A stretch of 64,000 bases of DNA from Lama guanicoe (GCA_013239625.1 MU054212.1:5304270-5368269); one strand, 5' to 3'; shown: positions 23,776 to 37,605, counted from the stretch's first letter. Program-made: numbers and translations. Notes: generated by a model not told the origin, from the sequence alone.

Positions 23776-24504
23776 ATAAATGTAAGTCATCTTTAACTTA
23801 GAAATCCCATGATTTACAAATTTAATAACATGGAGTGGATTTATTTTAACACTGTGAAACTGTCTAAACATTAGAAACAGACATAATTTTTTAATTTATT
23901 GCCATGTCAAATTTTAAAGAAATAGTTTAGGTTTTCTTCTGCCTTGATACATCTGCCTGGAATTTGCCGTTTCTATGGCTCTGGGATATACCAGTGGATA
24001 CCTCCGTACTTAGACTGGGAAGCTACATACTCTCATAAATCATGAAATTAGGGGAAAGGACTTTGGTCAGTTACCCAGGCTTAATTAAAAGCAAGTTTAG
24101 TTCTATAGAAACTCACATTCCTGAGATGTGATTTCGAAAAGTCTTGATAAGAGTTGGGCTTCATGGGCCTGAAACAGTGAATTTTTGACAGGAGAAGGTG
24201 ATATATCAGAATCTCTCGGGCTAAGAGTCTAGAAGAGAGAATAAAGGTTGGAAAAGTTACCCAGCTGATTCTGACACATCCCCATCCTCTCTGCAAACTG
24301 GTGAGAACAATTTATTCAAATAAATTCAGAAAAAAATGCCTACCTCCAACAGAAAAGTGGAATCAAGAACTGAATTCATCACACACTGAATTATGTTACT
24401 TTATTATTCAGATCAGTTAAACCTTTTTTTATTCAGGTTCTTATTGTTCGGATCTTTGTGTATCTTTTATATTTCTTGTTGGCCATGGGAGGAAAACCAA
24501 CACG

Positions 24505-24700
24505 AATTGATCACCCACTGCACGCCTGGCACTAGGCACTGTGCTTCACACGCACAGCTTAACCAGATTTACAGGCAGATTCCATCCTTTAGGCAGTGAG
24601 TGGCAGTGCCCCCATTTTACAGACGAATATGTGGAGTGATTGTCTCTCCCAAGGTCTTTACACCTAATACATGGTAGGTGCACAACCCTGGACTGCCTGA
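24505..24700 (-). mobile_element. MIR
   Basis: 'cccccattttacagacga...cccaaggtc...acacctaatacatgg' is the reverse MIR core. Confidence 0.8.
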
Positions 24701-25779
24701 TTGTAATATTAACTTCACAACACCTAGCTCTTCAGTGGACATTCAGTAGAGGTAGAATTCAGTGTAATTCAGAAGAGGTAGGTCTTGGAGCATACATTTT
24801 TAATATGTGCATGGAATTTATAACAGGTAGCAGTGAAGGGCAAAATTCACTGGCACCAATTTTACTGCACTGAATTTTTTCAAAAGAATGGTTAAAACAT
24901 TCCTTCATAGTAAAATTTTACTGAGAATGTTATTCCCTTTATCACTGAAATGATAATGGAAGTCTGAAGAGCTTCGGAAAATGTAGTCCATGTCAGATCA
25001 CCCCTAAAATTCAGCAAATGCCAAATAATCATTTATTAAAGTCCAATATTGTTACAGGTTTTTCACAGAAAGTAGAATCATCTTCATCTTGGGAAGAGTA
25101 GTCATTAACAGAGAAAGGGTTCATTAAATGAATATGCAGTGTCATGCTGTTGGAATTGGGCATTGATCACTGTTAGATACAGGTTTTCTCCTTGCCTGGA
25201 AATTCTGACACCACATTTATCACTTGAGCTATTTTTAGAGCTTTAATGAGTAGATCACTGAGACTTACCTCATTAACTTAGATTCTGAGAAAACATTATT
25301 TACAGAGATAATAGTAGGTTAGAATAGTCACTACTTCCAAATTTGTAAGGAAAAAACAACATGTGAACCAAACTAACAGTGAGAAAAATCTTACCTTGTT
25401 TAACAGGTAAGCTTTTTTAACATTTGTTTTCCTAGAATTACTCTATCTTAAATATATCTTTTTTCAAGGATACATGGAATAGTTATCCAAGTTTATAGCT
25501 CCTATGACTCACAGAAGCACATGATTTAAAGTAATATTTAGTCTTCTGCACTTTCAAATTAATAATTATTGCATATTAATAGTCATGTGCTATTTTCAAG
25601 AAATATTTAAAAGCATTTTCAGTCTGACTTCATTTAGCTACAGTAATAGAGGTTATGCCATAATTACATGCATTTTTTATGTCTATTTTGAAGTTTAAAG
25701 TTATGAACTCAGGGTTTTAATAAATTAAATACAGCATAGAAAAGCATATGCCCCTGTCATCCCTTTCAGAAATCATGTC

Positions 25780-26520
25780 TGTTAATAAAAAGTGACAGGG
25801 AAAGTTAAAAATAATGGTATAAACCTAAAGGGACACAAAAAGGGGGAAAGGTAACGGGAGATGGGAGATGTCTTCAGTATTTTGGACATTGAAAAGCAGA
25901 CAGGCAGAAGTGGCAACTGACTAGTAGGTCAGAGGAGACTGGAGGAGGAGGGGGACCAATCCGAGGGGATTTGGTTCCCTGCATGAAACCAAAGAAAGTC
26001 TGGGCACGGAGACATGAGGGAATCTTCGAAGAGTGGAACAAAAGAAACCAAGATTTCACACCATAAAAAGGAGCAGTTTTACCCAAGATTCTCTTCTTGA
26101 GTCCCTTCAACCGCAAAATTACTTCTTTCCTATTTGGCAAAAAGCAGAAGTTTTCCTCTGTCAAAATGTCAGAGCTGGGAGTGGTGGTGAGGGAGTCTGG
26201 GGAGAGGGTGGGGCTCTGCGAAATGTAAAGGGATCGAGTAAAATGTGAGTATGAAATCCTGAGACCCCAACCCCACTGTCTTGCTCAGCAACAAAGCAGA
26301 TTTTTAATATCCAGCCATGTAATTAAAAGAATTTTCTCTGGGGAAAATACCAACCCAAGAGAAAAGGCACGCGGATCCTAACAGCTGTGTGCCTGGTCGT
26401 GGCCTGATCACTTTAGGGAATTCTCAACAGCAAGAGCTACTCAAATATTCGGTTTCCTACCTGCTTTTAGTATGTTGATCTAACTATAAATTAGACTCAA
26501 AGATCGTTAAAAAGTTGAGG
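25780..26520 (+). mobile_element. Possible ancient L1/HAL1 5' region
   Basis: Purine-rich, GC-elevated block with 'tattttggacattgaaaagcagacaggcagaagtggcaactgactag...gaggagactg', reminiscent of old L1M/HAL1 5' ends. Confidence 0.4.
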
Positions 26521-27579
26521 AGTTCTTACCAAGATATCAAGCACTGAATGGCCTTGAACTTCCTCATCCTCATTTCCCTTAAAAGAAAAAACAAACGGGC
26601 TCATCAACATCTATCATTCCTTTTTATTTAAAAATTCCAAGATCCTCAATTCCAGTAAATCTTGCCAAAGACTTAATCTTTAAAATCATGTCTTAATTTT
26701 AGTTTTTAAGACTAATTTCATGGCTTTATTCTTTTATTCATTTGTTCTGTATGTTTTGTCTATATCCACTGTAACCCAAAACCTTGCTGTTGATTTTATC
26801 ATTACTTGTTTAATAGCAGGACCTCTGTCCTTATTCCCCAGCTGCCTGAACCAAAATTAATCCATTTATTTCAGGACTGAAAAAAAAAAATTTCAAAGAG
26901 GGCTGAAGAGGGATGTGAGAACTTCAGGCAGGGAGGTAATTTAGAGCTCCTTCAGACTTTTAAGTATTGGCTCAACAACTATATAGTAAAATATACAGGC
27001 AATCAGAAACATTTTTTGTTTCTTTTTTAAAGTTATTCTTAAGGGCACTATGAACTGCAGGAAGAAAAGAATACATATCAACAGTAAGGAGTTACATGTG
27101 GTGTACAACTTGGTATCACTTTGTATTTGTTTCAGTGGTACTTGGTGCTTCTCACCAATCGATGCCCCGGTCAACTGGCATCCCTTGTTAACTTAGTTTG
27201 GGTCTCAAGCACACCAGCATATCTGCAGAGCTCAGCAAACGTCAGTGTGGTTCCTTCTTTCTTGCTAGCTCCATTTTCCCATGTTCACAGTTTAAAACAC
27301 TTCTTGGGTGTTTCACCATTATCCTTGCTGTTCCTAGAGTGATGTTATGTAACGTACTGACATAACCACAGACTATTTCCTTGCCTAACTAGACAAAGAG
27401 AAACCTTTCCAGCTTAATCACTCACCCCTTCCTAGCCATCACCATTCTCTTTAGACAGACATTTAGTGTGTGTCTAAATGTTAGGAAAGAATTTTTTTCA
27501 GGCAGAGTCAGTGAACAAAGAGGGTTGTAACAAAGATCTGGAGAAGAAGAAAGACTTGATCACAGTGGTTTAAATCAGT

Positions 27580-27785
27580 CTGCACCCTTGTTGAAGATCA
27601 CCCGACTGTCTACACGTGAATTTATTTCTGGCCTGTGTGTTCTATTCTATTGCTCTATTATGTCTGTCCTTATGCCAACATCATACAGCTTTAATGACTG
27701 TAGCTTAGTTGTATATCTTGAAATCAGGAAGTATAATGTCTCAAGCGTTGTTCTTTTTTTCTCAAGATCACTTTAAATGGCTATA
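27580..27785 (-). mobile_element. Internal L1 ORF2 fragment
   Basis: 'gcacccttgttgaagatca...tttatttctggcct...ttatgccaacatcatacagctttaatgactgtagctt...cttgaaatcaggaag...ttgttcttttttctcaagat'. Confidence 0.9.
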
Positions 27786-27789
27786 GATT

Positions 27790-27900
27790 AAGGGGGCAAA
27801 TATGAACTTGAATTCTGGTATGGTCACTTACTAGCTGCTGCTTCTTAAATGAATTACACAACTGTTCTATCTCTCAGTTTCCCCACATGTAAGAGAAAAA
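27790..27900 (+). mobile_element. MIR fragment
   Basis: 'ttgaattctgg...cacttactagctg...tctcagtttccccacatgtaa'. Confidence 0.65.
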
Positions 27901-27971
27901 GCTGTAGATGGAAAGTTGTGTAAATTGCCAAGAAACAAGCGTTCCACAAACAACAAAAGCAAGTGCACAGC

Positions 27972-28330
27972 TTTTCATTTACTTAACAAAATATTTACTT
28001 AGTAGATACCATGTGCAAAATTATTGAGATTAAAAGGACAAATTAAATATAGCACTGATCCTAAAGGAACCAACATTCTAGCAGAGAAAGTAAGATATGT
28101 GTGTGTATGTGTGTGTGTGTGTGTGTGTAAACACAGGGAGGAATGTCACTAGTGTTATCATAGAGAAGAACACAAGTACTAGAGAAACTCAGGGAAAGAA
28201 GAGATGACGAACAGCTAGAGACATGGAGAGAAGGTTATATTTCTGAAGAATAAAACACTGGGAAATGGGGATTTGAAGTGCCTTTTAGATGTTAACACTG
28301 GGAAAGGGAAACAGCTCTTTTAAGACCACT
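27972..28330 (-). mobile_element. L2 3' fragment containing a (TG)n microsatellite at 28098-28128
   Basis: 'ttcatttacttaacaaaatatttacttagtagataccatgtgc...cctaaaggaaccaacattctagcagag' is the reverse L2 terminus. Confidence 0.7.
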
Positions 28331-29679
28331 GAGATTACAGAAAGATTATGTAAATTTTTAAAAAATATGTTGAGATGGAAAGAAAATATTGTAAGCATTT
28401 TTCTATTGATAGAAATGATTCAGAATCTTTTTAGTAAAGTCAGAGGTAAGTCATCATTAAAGTGGAAAAAAAATGAAGAGAGAAGGGAGAGTACTAGAAA
28501 AGAATCGATAGAATTTGGTGAAATAATGGTGTATTTGCTGGCCTGGATTTTGGTCTGCCTGTCCCCTCTCTAACCAGTTAAGCCTTAAGCGATAAATCTG
28601 TCCTGTCTTTTTAAAGAAATCTCTGTTCCTGGCTTTTCTCTCTCTTCTGTGATTTCTCTTCTTAAATGTTCTTACCCTGTATAGTCTATCCTGGTAATAT
28701 AAACTTACACCACATACATGCATGACACATTCCAAATATTTCACGGATGTATCTTGTCTGTAAAAGATTATAAGCTCCTCAAGGCTAGAGATGCCATCTT
28801 CTGCGCATCTTTCACTATTTCTAATTCAGGGAACATTAAAAATTAATTTCTTGTACAACTTGTACAAAGATTTATGGAAGGAAGTTTGTGAAGATCATGT
28901 TCCCCTTACTATTCTAGAAACAATTTTATTTTTGTGGGACTAGAATGAATAAAAATTATTAAATCAGTCATTTTTGTATTTTTATATCCATAGAACAATA
29001 CTACGACTATTTAGATCAGGGATTTTATATAATTAATTTGCATTCATATATAATCCTTACCAAAATAGTGAAGAGAATTTGGTAAATATTTTCAGTGAGG
29101 TAAAAAATGAGCCAAATCTGATTGGTTTGCTAACGTCAAGAGAGGCCAAGTGGTCTGTTACATAACATGCCCAATTCTGTGTCCACCCTAAAAGGAACAT
29201 AATCAAAAAGACTACACTTCAATAAAAAAAGACTATAGAAAAGACAAGTGTAAAGATACGTAAAACAATGAATCTAATGCATATTAAGGATGGAGACTAA
29301 GTTGATTGATCCTTTTGTAAAACAACTAGAACAGCCATAATGATCATTTATTTATTTAAAAATTAATACAAAGTATGTTTTATAATTTCAGAATTGATAT
29401 GTACTAATTTTAGGAAATGTAGAGAATTATAAAACAATTAAAGCTATCCGTGTACACTCCAATCAGAAATAGCCAGTAGTAACAGTTTGGTTTGTAATAT
29501 TCCAATGTTTCAAAGCACATAAAAATCTCAAGGCACTTGTTATCTTGTTGGGAAATTAAAGAAGCTGAAGTGAAAGATGAAATCAGGACTAGAATCTTAA
29601 AGGCACCCTGGGAAATATGAGATTTTCTGCCACATTATGATTCAATCTAATAGCGTGGAAGCAATATACACTGTATTAG

Positions 29680-29960
29680 AGACTCATTGGTAAATACTTA
29701 CTGAGTTCTTACCCAATTCCAAAGAATTGGGCCAGGCAGTATGGGGATACCAAAAAAAATAAAATAAAATAAAGCCTCTGTCCCTGTTCTGAGAGAATCG
29801 CAATCTGATAAGAAAGATAAGCGGGAGAAACAGGTGAAAACTTAAACATCAATAAGATATTTAAGTAAAAATTCACGACAACAACAAAATGCATCAGAAG
29901 ATTTTGTATGATTAATTACCAAATGAAGTCCACAGGCAATAACTGCTATTTGAGTCCACA
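29680..29960 (-). mobile_element. L2 3' fragment
   Basis: 'ctcattggtaaatacttactgagttcttac...ccaggcagtatggggatac...tctgtccctgttctgagagaatcgcaatctga'. Confidence 0.55.
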
Positions 29961-31129
29961 AGCACTTGAGTGTGATTTATAGAAAGGCACATTTTAAGAG
30001 TAATTCTGTTATTATAACCCCTCAACTTCCTAAGAGTTCCCTGTGTATAAATGACCAGTGCAGATACACTTTCTAGTGCCTACTGACAAATTGAAGCTAT
30101 TTTCTTTTGGCTAGTTTGTCACATTTTCCCCCACTTTCATGCATTTCAAAAGACATCTGGGCTAAGAATTCATATATATATATGAAGCATGTTAATAGCA
30201 ATCAATACTACCATTTGACCAAAGGAGCAGAATCCTGACCACTAAGAGTCACATCCTTGTCCAACCACCTACAGTGGTTCTAATCATCTTTTACAAAGAA
30301 AAACAAAATCTGTGTGCGGAAAGCCAGTCCTGACCATAGCAGTCTTTATTGTCTTGTGGTTTTCCTCCCACGCACACCCAAGGCCATGTAGAAGACTCTG
30401 TTATCTTAAACGAACAGAAAGTCTCAGTGACCTCCCTTTCTTTGCAAGACTTCTGTCACTTATCCATGTAATACTGAGAAAAAAAAAATGAGTGCTGGGA
30501 AAGTGTCCCGAAAATCAGAAATTTGGAGAGGAGGCAGTGCTCCTTTCTAAGTTTTACTGCCATCCTCAACTCCTCCAACTTTCCAAGCTTAAGGAGCCAA
30601 GAATCCACTCGAGAGCACGCACAGCCCGGGTGCCATTTAACCACAGGATTTGAGGGAGGAGCGAATGGATCTCCCAAGTGCCTGAATCCCGAAAGTTGAC
30701 TTCCCTCAGTTTCACAGAGGAGCTGAAATCACGCCCCAGGGCATGAGAAGGGGCTGAGAGGGAGTGACACTCATCTAGCAAGACTCCTAAAGCACTGGAA
30801 CCCGAAAAGACATGATGCCCATTTGGGATCCGGTTGTTTCCTTGCACTGCACCTGTCGTCATCATCATTTCCTCATCCTGTGGATGCAGTGGTGATAGAT
30901 AAGGGATAAGAAAGTGGGTAAGGACGAGGTTTAGGTTCCCGTGAAGCCAACAATGTGAGATGGCAAAAAAAACTTTAAAGTAAACTGCAGTTATTATTCC
31001 TAACACGGAAGGTTCCAAAGAAAACAGTGGTAAGCTGTTAATAGGTTGATTTTACTGGCTCAAAAAAAAAAAAAGAAGCTCATTCTTTCAGTTAAATATT
31101 TGAAGGTGTGGCAGATATTATAAGGTAGC

Positions 31130-31370
31130 TCATACAACACCCTCCGTCTTCTAATTTGACTGCATGTAGTGTAAAGGCTGAAAAGATAAAATGACATTTC
31201 CCAGGCTTCTCTCAGCCCCAGATCATCCACGTCACTTAGCGTTCCATCAATCTTGGAATTGTGAGCTCTGTGACCTGGAGAGATGAGATCTTTGGGGAAC
31301 CACAGTGGCAGAGGCATCTGGTTTTCCGCAGTGGAGTTCAGGCCGCTGGGCAGCAGGAACACTGGCATTT
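31130..31370 (+). mobile_element. Possible ERVL LTR fragment (LTR33-like)
   Basis: 'ggctgaaaagataaaatgacatttcccaggcttctctcagc' and 'gtggcagaggcatctggttttc' resemble the LTR33 5' part. Confidence 0.4.
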
Positions 31371-31379
31371 TCAAGAGGC

Positions 31380-31830
31380 TGGAGAATATGGAGGAAGCAA
31401 GAAGTCAAGCCAGATGCTGGTGTATGTTCAGGTGCTGAGCGAAGTGCTTGGTAGGGGAGCTATAGAATGAAGGCAGGAGGTAGTGGTAAGTGGGCATCAG
31501 ATGACGGAGGTCACTGTAAGCCATGCTGGAGAGCCTAGATTATACTCATAGGCACTATATGGGGTTTAGTCATGGAGTTTCAAAACGGTGCTAAAGTGCA
31601 GGTGTAAATGTTAAGTACGTCACTTAATGGCAGTGTGAAGAAGCGAGGAACAGCATTGTGAAGGCTGGTGGCGCAGCCTCTATGTGACACAACACGGCTT
31701 GGAAGTCAAACAAAATAATGCAAGGATGTTTCAAAACTCTGTCAGAGATAAATGCTATAGGACTTGATGTTAAAAGCGCAAGGAGACTTTTCTGTGACTC
31801 CCAAGTTTCTCTTTTGAGTGTGTAGGTGGA
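31380..31830 (-). mobile_element. Decayed L2 fragment
   Basis: 'ctgtaagccatgctggagagcctagattatactc' and 'ataggacttgatg...tgactcccaagtttctcttttgagtg'. Confidence 0.5.
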
Positions 31831-32339
31831 AAGTAAGCCACAGAGCACAACACACCTGGATGTTAGTCAATTGAAGGACATTGTCCAGTTGTCCTTAGTT
31901 AGAGTTTCAGCATATGGCAGCCCCACTGGGAAAGCTTACGGTTCCAGAACCAGTGCCTAACAGAGTGATGGAATGGTGTAGTGTGCAGGTTATAGAGGCT
32001 TTTTTCCCTCAATATTGTTTTTTTCTTTGCATTCTGGCAACGGCGTTCCTTACTAATCTATTGCTGTTAATTATACAATTGGGCATGTCCAAAAGAAGTA
32101 AAACTACCACCCCTCTCCTCACAGGAGAAAAGAAAATATAGTAGAAAATGGTTAGTAAACATACCATGTCAGCTTCAGAGTAAATATTTGCTTCAAAACA
32201 AAGTACCCATATTACGGATATGAGCGTGAGGTGAGGGTCACACCTCACTGGTAGATGGAAGTAGATGCCATATTGCATTGTTAAAGAATTGTGAAGTTAT
32301 CCTTCTAATATATCAGTTTCATGCTTTCTACATATTGCT

Positions 32340-33050
32340 CAAATTTAAAAAGATTGCCTCTCACCGAATTCATGCTTAAACAACTTTAATGTAATTTAGT
32401 GATTCTGTCAAGTGAATTCAACAACGAAAATATTAGGACAATCCCAATTAATATGACAGAATGGCAAGAGAAGCAGCTAGCCGAACAGTATTTTCTCCTC
32501 TGGATGTTGTCTTCAATTAAATTCTCTATCAACCGAAAGAATTGATTAGTCTTTTCAAGCAAGAAGCCTTGCTTCCTGCAAGTAAACAGAACTGTTTCCA
32601 TTAAAGCTCTCAGTGCCTTTAAGAGGCTGTCATCTCTGGCTGGTGAAACAGTTTTATGGCGTCCCACCAGCCGTGTTCATTACATGCACTTATTTGGCAA
32701 TCAGTGTCTTGCTGCAAGTTCAGGAGAATAATCGACAAAGGGCATAGCTGGACTGCTGAAAAAGAGACCGAAGGTCAGCCAATTGCTGTTGAATTTTATG
32801 ACATGTATTCCTGTGCTTTGATATGTAGTTGTGTATACACAATCTAATTAGTGCCGATGACAGCTTTATAATGAAAACAATCCATATTCTTACTCGCTAT
32901 CTAATTTTCTCTCATTTAGGACATCTTTGATTAAAAAGAGCACGCCACACCGCCTTGTTGATTGCAGCATAGATGGAGCTCATTATTACATTATTAAGGC
33001 AATACACTGGGTGATAAAACGAATTCAGCGTAGAAAAAAAAATCACATTT
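32340..33050. promoter_or_regulatory. Candidate conserved non-coding element / developmental enhancer
   Basis: No recognisable TE, about 14 CpGs, and dense FOX, HOX/CDX, TCF/LEF, MEIS and homeodomain motifs (see findings). Conservation not tested. Confidence 0.55.
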
Positions 33051-34875
33051 AAAATCATTATCCTGAAGTGGTTTTAATGGAGATAATCACATTTATTTAA
33101 AAACACACGTGAGCTTCTAAAGTGTGGGCTAAACTTTGACTGGATATCTTGAATATTCAATTTGTAAAAAAAGTGTAAAAACTAATAAAGACGAATTTGG
33201 TAGTTCTCATTCAACATTAGGTCTCAATATGATTCAGTTCATGCCTTGGCTGTATACGTATCTTAGTCATCAATTATTTTTTAGCAGTTTTTAAAAGTTG
33301 TGCTCACTGACTATATATGTTAATTTTCTGGTATTTATTCGTGGTACAGTACTTGAGGAATACATTCCTATGTTTGCATAGATCACATGCTTTTATAGTT
33401 TACAATGAGCATCTTCCTGCTTTATAATGAACTCCTGGTAAAGAATAGTATGCTTCTGAGATTTCTTTTCCTATACTGTTTATGTATCATTTTTAAGAAG
33501 TACACTTTTAGATAGTCTACTATCAGAGACAGTGTGGCAATCAAAAGACTATAAATATATTGACTATTATCACTGAGCTTCATTTACAATTACCATGCAC
33601 ATATATGCAGATACATAAGCAGTGGAAATAAGGAATGTGAACATGTATTTTTAACTTAACCACATTTTACGTATAAGTATATAAGTATAATGTTACCATA
33701 TAAAGGAAGATGATGCTTTTGTTTCAGAAACTCGTAATCACTATTATTTAATATAGTACATAGGGTGAATTTACACTTTCCATATAGGTATAATTTATGT
33801 TATAAAGAGTTCTCACAAATAGAATTCTTAGGTAAGTCTAAAAATGTCTAACACAAAAAACTAAAAATTATGCTATGAGGTAGCTATTAAGTATGGGCAC
33901 TATTTGGAACTATAACTGTGCTTTGATTTTATTCTTGCTTTGATTTCTGTTTTTGATGACTTTACCAGTGTTATGTGTTCCTTTAAATACTTTTCATCAA
34001 AGGAACACTGCTAGGTCTCTGCTCTGTACAGCCTTGCATCGAGAAAAAAATGCCTCTCTTAGTTCTTTGATCCATGAAACATCCTCTCGCTTTACTTTTC
34101 TTTTTATTATAAAATCAATACATATCATTAAAGAAAATTGGCAAATAGATAAATATAGGGGAAATCACCATAGTCATACCACCTAAATGCAGCCATTAGA
34201 AAAATGTTGTTGTATTCCTGTTTTGTTTTGTTTTTACTGATACATGTTTCCATTTTCAGACTGTTAGTATGCCGAACATATAATTGTATGATTTAGTGCA
34301 TCTCTGTGATGATAAAGTTGCTTCACTGGCCAGCTTCTTTACTTAGTTCTTTTCATTCAACGTGCTAGCCAGTGCTCTTGAGGTCTGGTATGGAAAAAAA
34401 AAAAGAAGAAGACTGTCACTTAGTGATAATCTTTTCCTGAACCTGATCATCATCACTGAAGCAAATCTGTGTAGGTTCCTTCCCTCTCTTGCCCTTCCTT
34501 CTTAATTTGTGCTTCTGATGACGGAGACGGGACTGTATGATGAATGCTTATGGGAGACGGCCCTGGACAGGCAGGATGCTCTTCATGTTTCCTGTGACTG
34601 TGCCTTTCAAGGGCACCTTAGTCTTGGAAAGGGACCCATTTTATTTTATTTTATTCTTTCTTTGCTCTCCTATATTATTTCATTTTTTTTAAGTAAAGTG
34701 AAACTTTTTTTTTGACTTTTGAGTATATGTTAAATCAACTTTCTAAGATTTACTGATTTAAAAAAATTTAGGCTTTCTATGTGGAAAATTTTAAACATAC
34801 GCAAAAAACAGGGAAAATTGAATGCCCATGAACCCATTATCCTCTTCTTTTAACATTTTAAGCTTCACTTATATT

Positions 34876-35345
34876 GTGTGGCAAATATGGTTAATTGCCT
34901 AACTTAGAATCACCCACTTTCTTGTTAAGAGAATCCCGATTTGGGTCCAGATGACAACATGCTCACTATGATAAATTTAAAGCAATCTTCCCTTTTGAAA
35001 GACAGTTTCCAGCCAGCCCTACAGGAAGGAATGAATGAGCATATGATCCAGTTCTGGGCAATCATATGTAAGAAGAGTCTTCTTTCTCTTTGACAAAAGA
35101 AAGCCTCATTTTGCCCATGTTTGTCTTCTCTATTTTATATCATAATATATAGATGCAAAACCTGGAACTCTAGCAGCTATGTTGTGATCATGAGGTTAAA
35201 AAAAGTCAAGGGAATGGCTGAGATGCCAATCTAGGGTGCTAATATTATTCAATTATTTTACCAACCGTGGAACTGCCTACCTCCTCTAGATTATTTGTTG
35301 TATAAGATGATAAAAAGATGAATTGTTGCATCACTGTTGTAGATA
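34876..35345 (+). mobile_element. Old MaLR LTR (MLT1K/L-like)
   Basis: 'tgtggcaaatatggttaattgcc', 'catatgatccagttctgggcaat', 'cctggaactctagcagctatgttgtgatcatgagg' and 'ggaactgcctacctc'. Confidence 0.7.
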
Positions 35346-35559
35346 GTCAAAATCTTTTGGTCCTCTTTCATAATGGGTTAATATATTTGGTTTCCTATCG
35401 CAAGAAATTATGTAGAATCTTCATATTTGTCATATCCTATATTTTGAGTTGAGATACAACTCACAATGTGACTAGTAAATCAGTGAAAATATTTAATCAA
35501 AATTCCTTTGTAGGAACTGGGGGGAAGAGATACTATAATGAGCTCTAAAAAGAATGGTC

Positions 35560-35722
35560 AGAGGAAGGCATCTGGGGACGTATGCCTGGCTTTAAACCTG
35601 TGCCAGCAGCTCACCCAATGTAAACTCCTCCACACACCACGTTGGGCCTCAGGTTGCTAACTGGAAAATTAAGAAAGCTGGTTTTGTTCTCTAAAGCCTA
35701 TTTCCAGCTCCATGATTCTAAC
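35560..35722 (+). mobile_element. MIR3/MIRc-like fragment
   Basis: 'tgggcctcaggttgctaactggaaaat...tctctaaagcctatttccagctccatgattcta'. Confidence 0.55.
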
Positions 35723-36879
35723 AGGAAGCGGGGATTCAGGGTGTGGAGAGACTTTGACAGCCTTAAATCACACCAAAGTAGCCTCCTCTTCCTGAATTAG
35801 AACCTTGATTCTGAAGCCCTGCAAGGACTTGCACGGGGCAGAAATCCCTACAGTAATTCTTCACTGTCACTGATCAGTGTGACCGATTATATACTTTATT
35901 CTTTTCTAGGCTTTTTTTGTTTTTCAACATGTAGTTTTGTATGCCACATGTGAGATCATTTTTTCCCTTTCAAATAAATCATGTAACTTCTGTGTTTGTC
36001 AAGAAATCCGAAGTAGAGAAATGTGAAATGTGAATTGAGAAAAATTCAGGTGACTGAGTTCCATTAATTCTCAGAAATGACGAGTCAAGGTCAGTCAAAG
36101 GAAGAAAAATGAAAAATATCACGAAGTGATTTTCTTTTTAACGGGAAAAAAACAAGCCTTAGGAGGGTGTTCACCTTAGTTCTTTTGAAAATATTTTATA
36201 GCCTATAAATAAGATATAGGAATTTATAAAACAAAGCTCACAAAATCAATACTTTAGAGAATTAAAAACTTGACAATTTGATATATTTTAACTATATTTA
36301 ATGCCATTTAAAATAAAGTCATTTGTTCTCTCTCCATAATACCAAAATTTCCTGAAAAAAGTTTTAAAAGGCATTCAATGAATAGTTTTATTATTTTATA
36401 TTAAACTTTCAGATTTCATTAAATGGATATCAATATATTTAATAGAAATATCGTATCTTTCTATTTATATATTTAATATTTAGTAGTAGATGTTTGACAT
36501 CATTTAAGAAAACTTTGAGTTGATAATATAATTTTTTTTGGTTCACATATTTTAGCATCACATAAATAAATAAGTGCTGGGAACAGGGCCAGAGGTAATG
36601 AAAGCGTAAAATTCCCCCAGATAAATTTTGTAAGGCATTTTCACTGGACATTTTCATCTTTCTTCCTTCTTTTTCCTCATCCCAAGCATCTCAATAAATA
36701 AAGCAGAATAACTATGCTTTTTGGCCCTGTACCAGTAACAGTTCTTTAGAAAGTGACACCTCTAATAAACTTCAATACATTGATTTCAATACATTGACTC
36801 CAATGTTGAAACCAACCAGTGGTCCTGAGCTCTGTTCTGAGCTGTGTGCACGGGCCACTGTGTCATTTCCCTAGATGAA

Positions 36880-37605
36880 CTCTGTAGCTTCCACCCTGAT
36901 TGCTCAACTTCTTCTCTTGACTTTCTGTTATTTTTGCAGCCAGTGATGTCTTACAACATGAGTATGATTTCACTACTCCTCTGCTTGAAATCCTCTAAAG
37001 GATTCTCATCAGACTTAGAATGAATATATATATATGTTTTAATCATGGCCTAGAAGCCCCCACATGACCAGTTAGTTCCCTGTCTTTCTCTCAAGCTTCA
37101 ACTTCTTGCATCTCTTTCTTTCTCTTTTTTTCATCTCTCTCTCTCTCCCTCTCTCATTCTCCTTCTCTGTTTCTATGTACTGTTCCATGAATTCTGTTTC
37201 TTTAGTTTGTTGCCACCCCAGGGTCTTTGCCCTTGTTTTTCCCTCGGCATAAACATCCCTTCCATTTTTACTGTACTAAGGAGATGAATTATAAACTGTT
37301 CACCTTAACATTTTCCTTAGATTGCCATGCCCCACTTTTACGTGACTGGCTTCTCAGAAAAGCTTTCCCTGACCACTGAGTCTAAAGCAGCATTCCCTCC
37401 TGCCCCACATACATTATCACCTTAGTCAGTTTGTTTTTTTCTGTATTATCCTCTGAAGTGGTCTTATTTAATAACTTGGTGTTTAATGTGTTTTCCCTCA
37501 CTAAATAAAGGCCCATAAAGTCAGGGAACTTGGCTGTATTCTTAGTATGTAAAACAATTCCTAGAACATAGCAGACACTATGATTGATCTATGTAGATGT
37601 TGAAT
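36880..37605 (+). mobile_element. L2 3' region
   Basis: 'cagccagtgatg...cactactcctctgcttgaaatcctc', 'cagggtctttgcccttg', 'ctcagaaaagctttccctgaccac' and 'aacaattcctagaacatagcagacac...tgttgaat'. Confidence 0.8.

Noticed and set aside
25390..25412. Back-to-back splice donors 'cttacct...aggtaag' and other GTAAG sites
   Set aside because: No matching acceptor or open exon could be tied to them, and such motifs are expected by chance in 64 kb.
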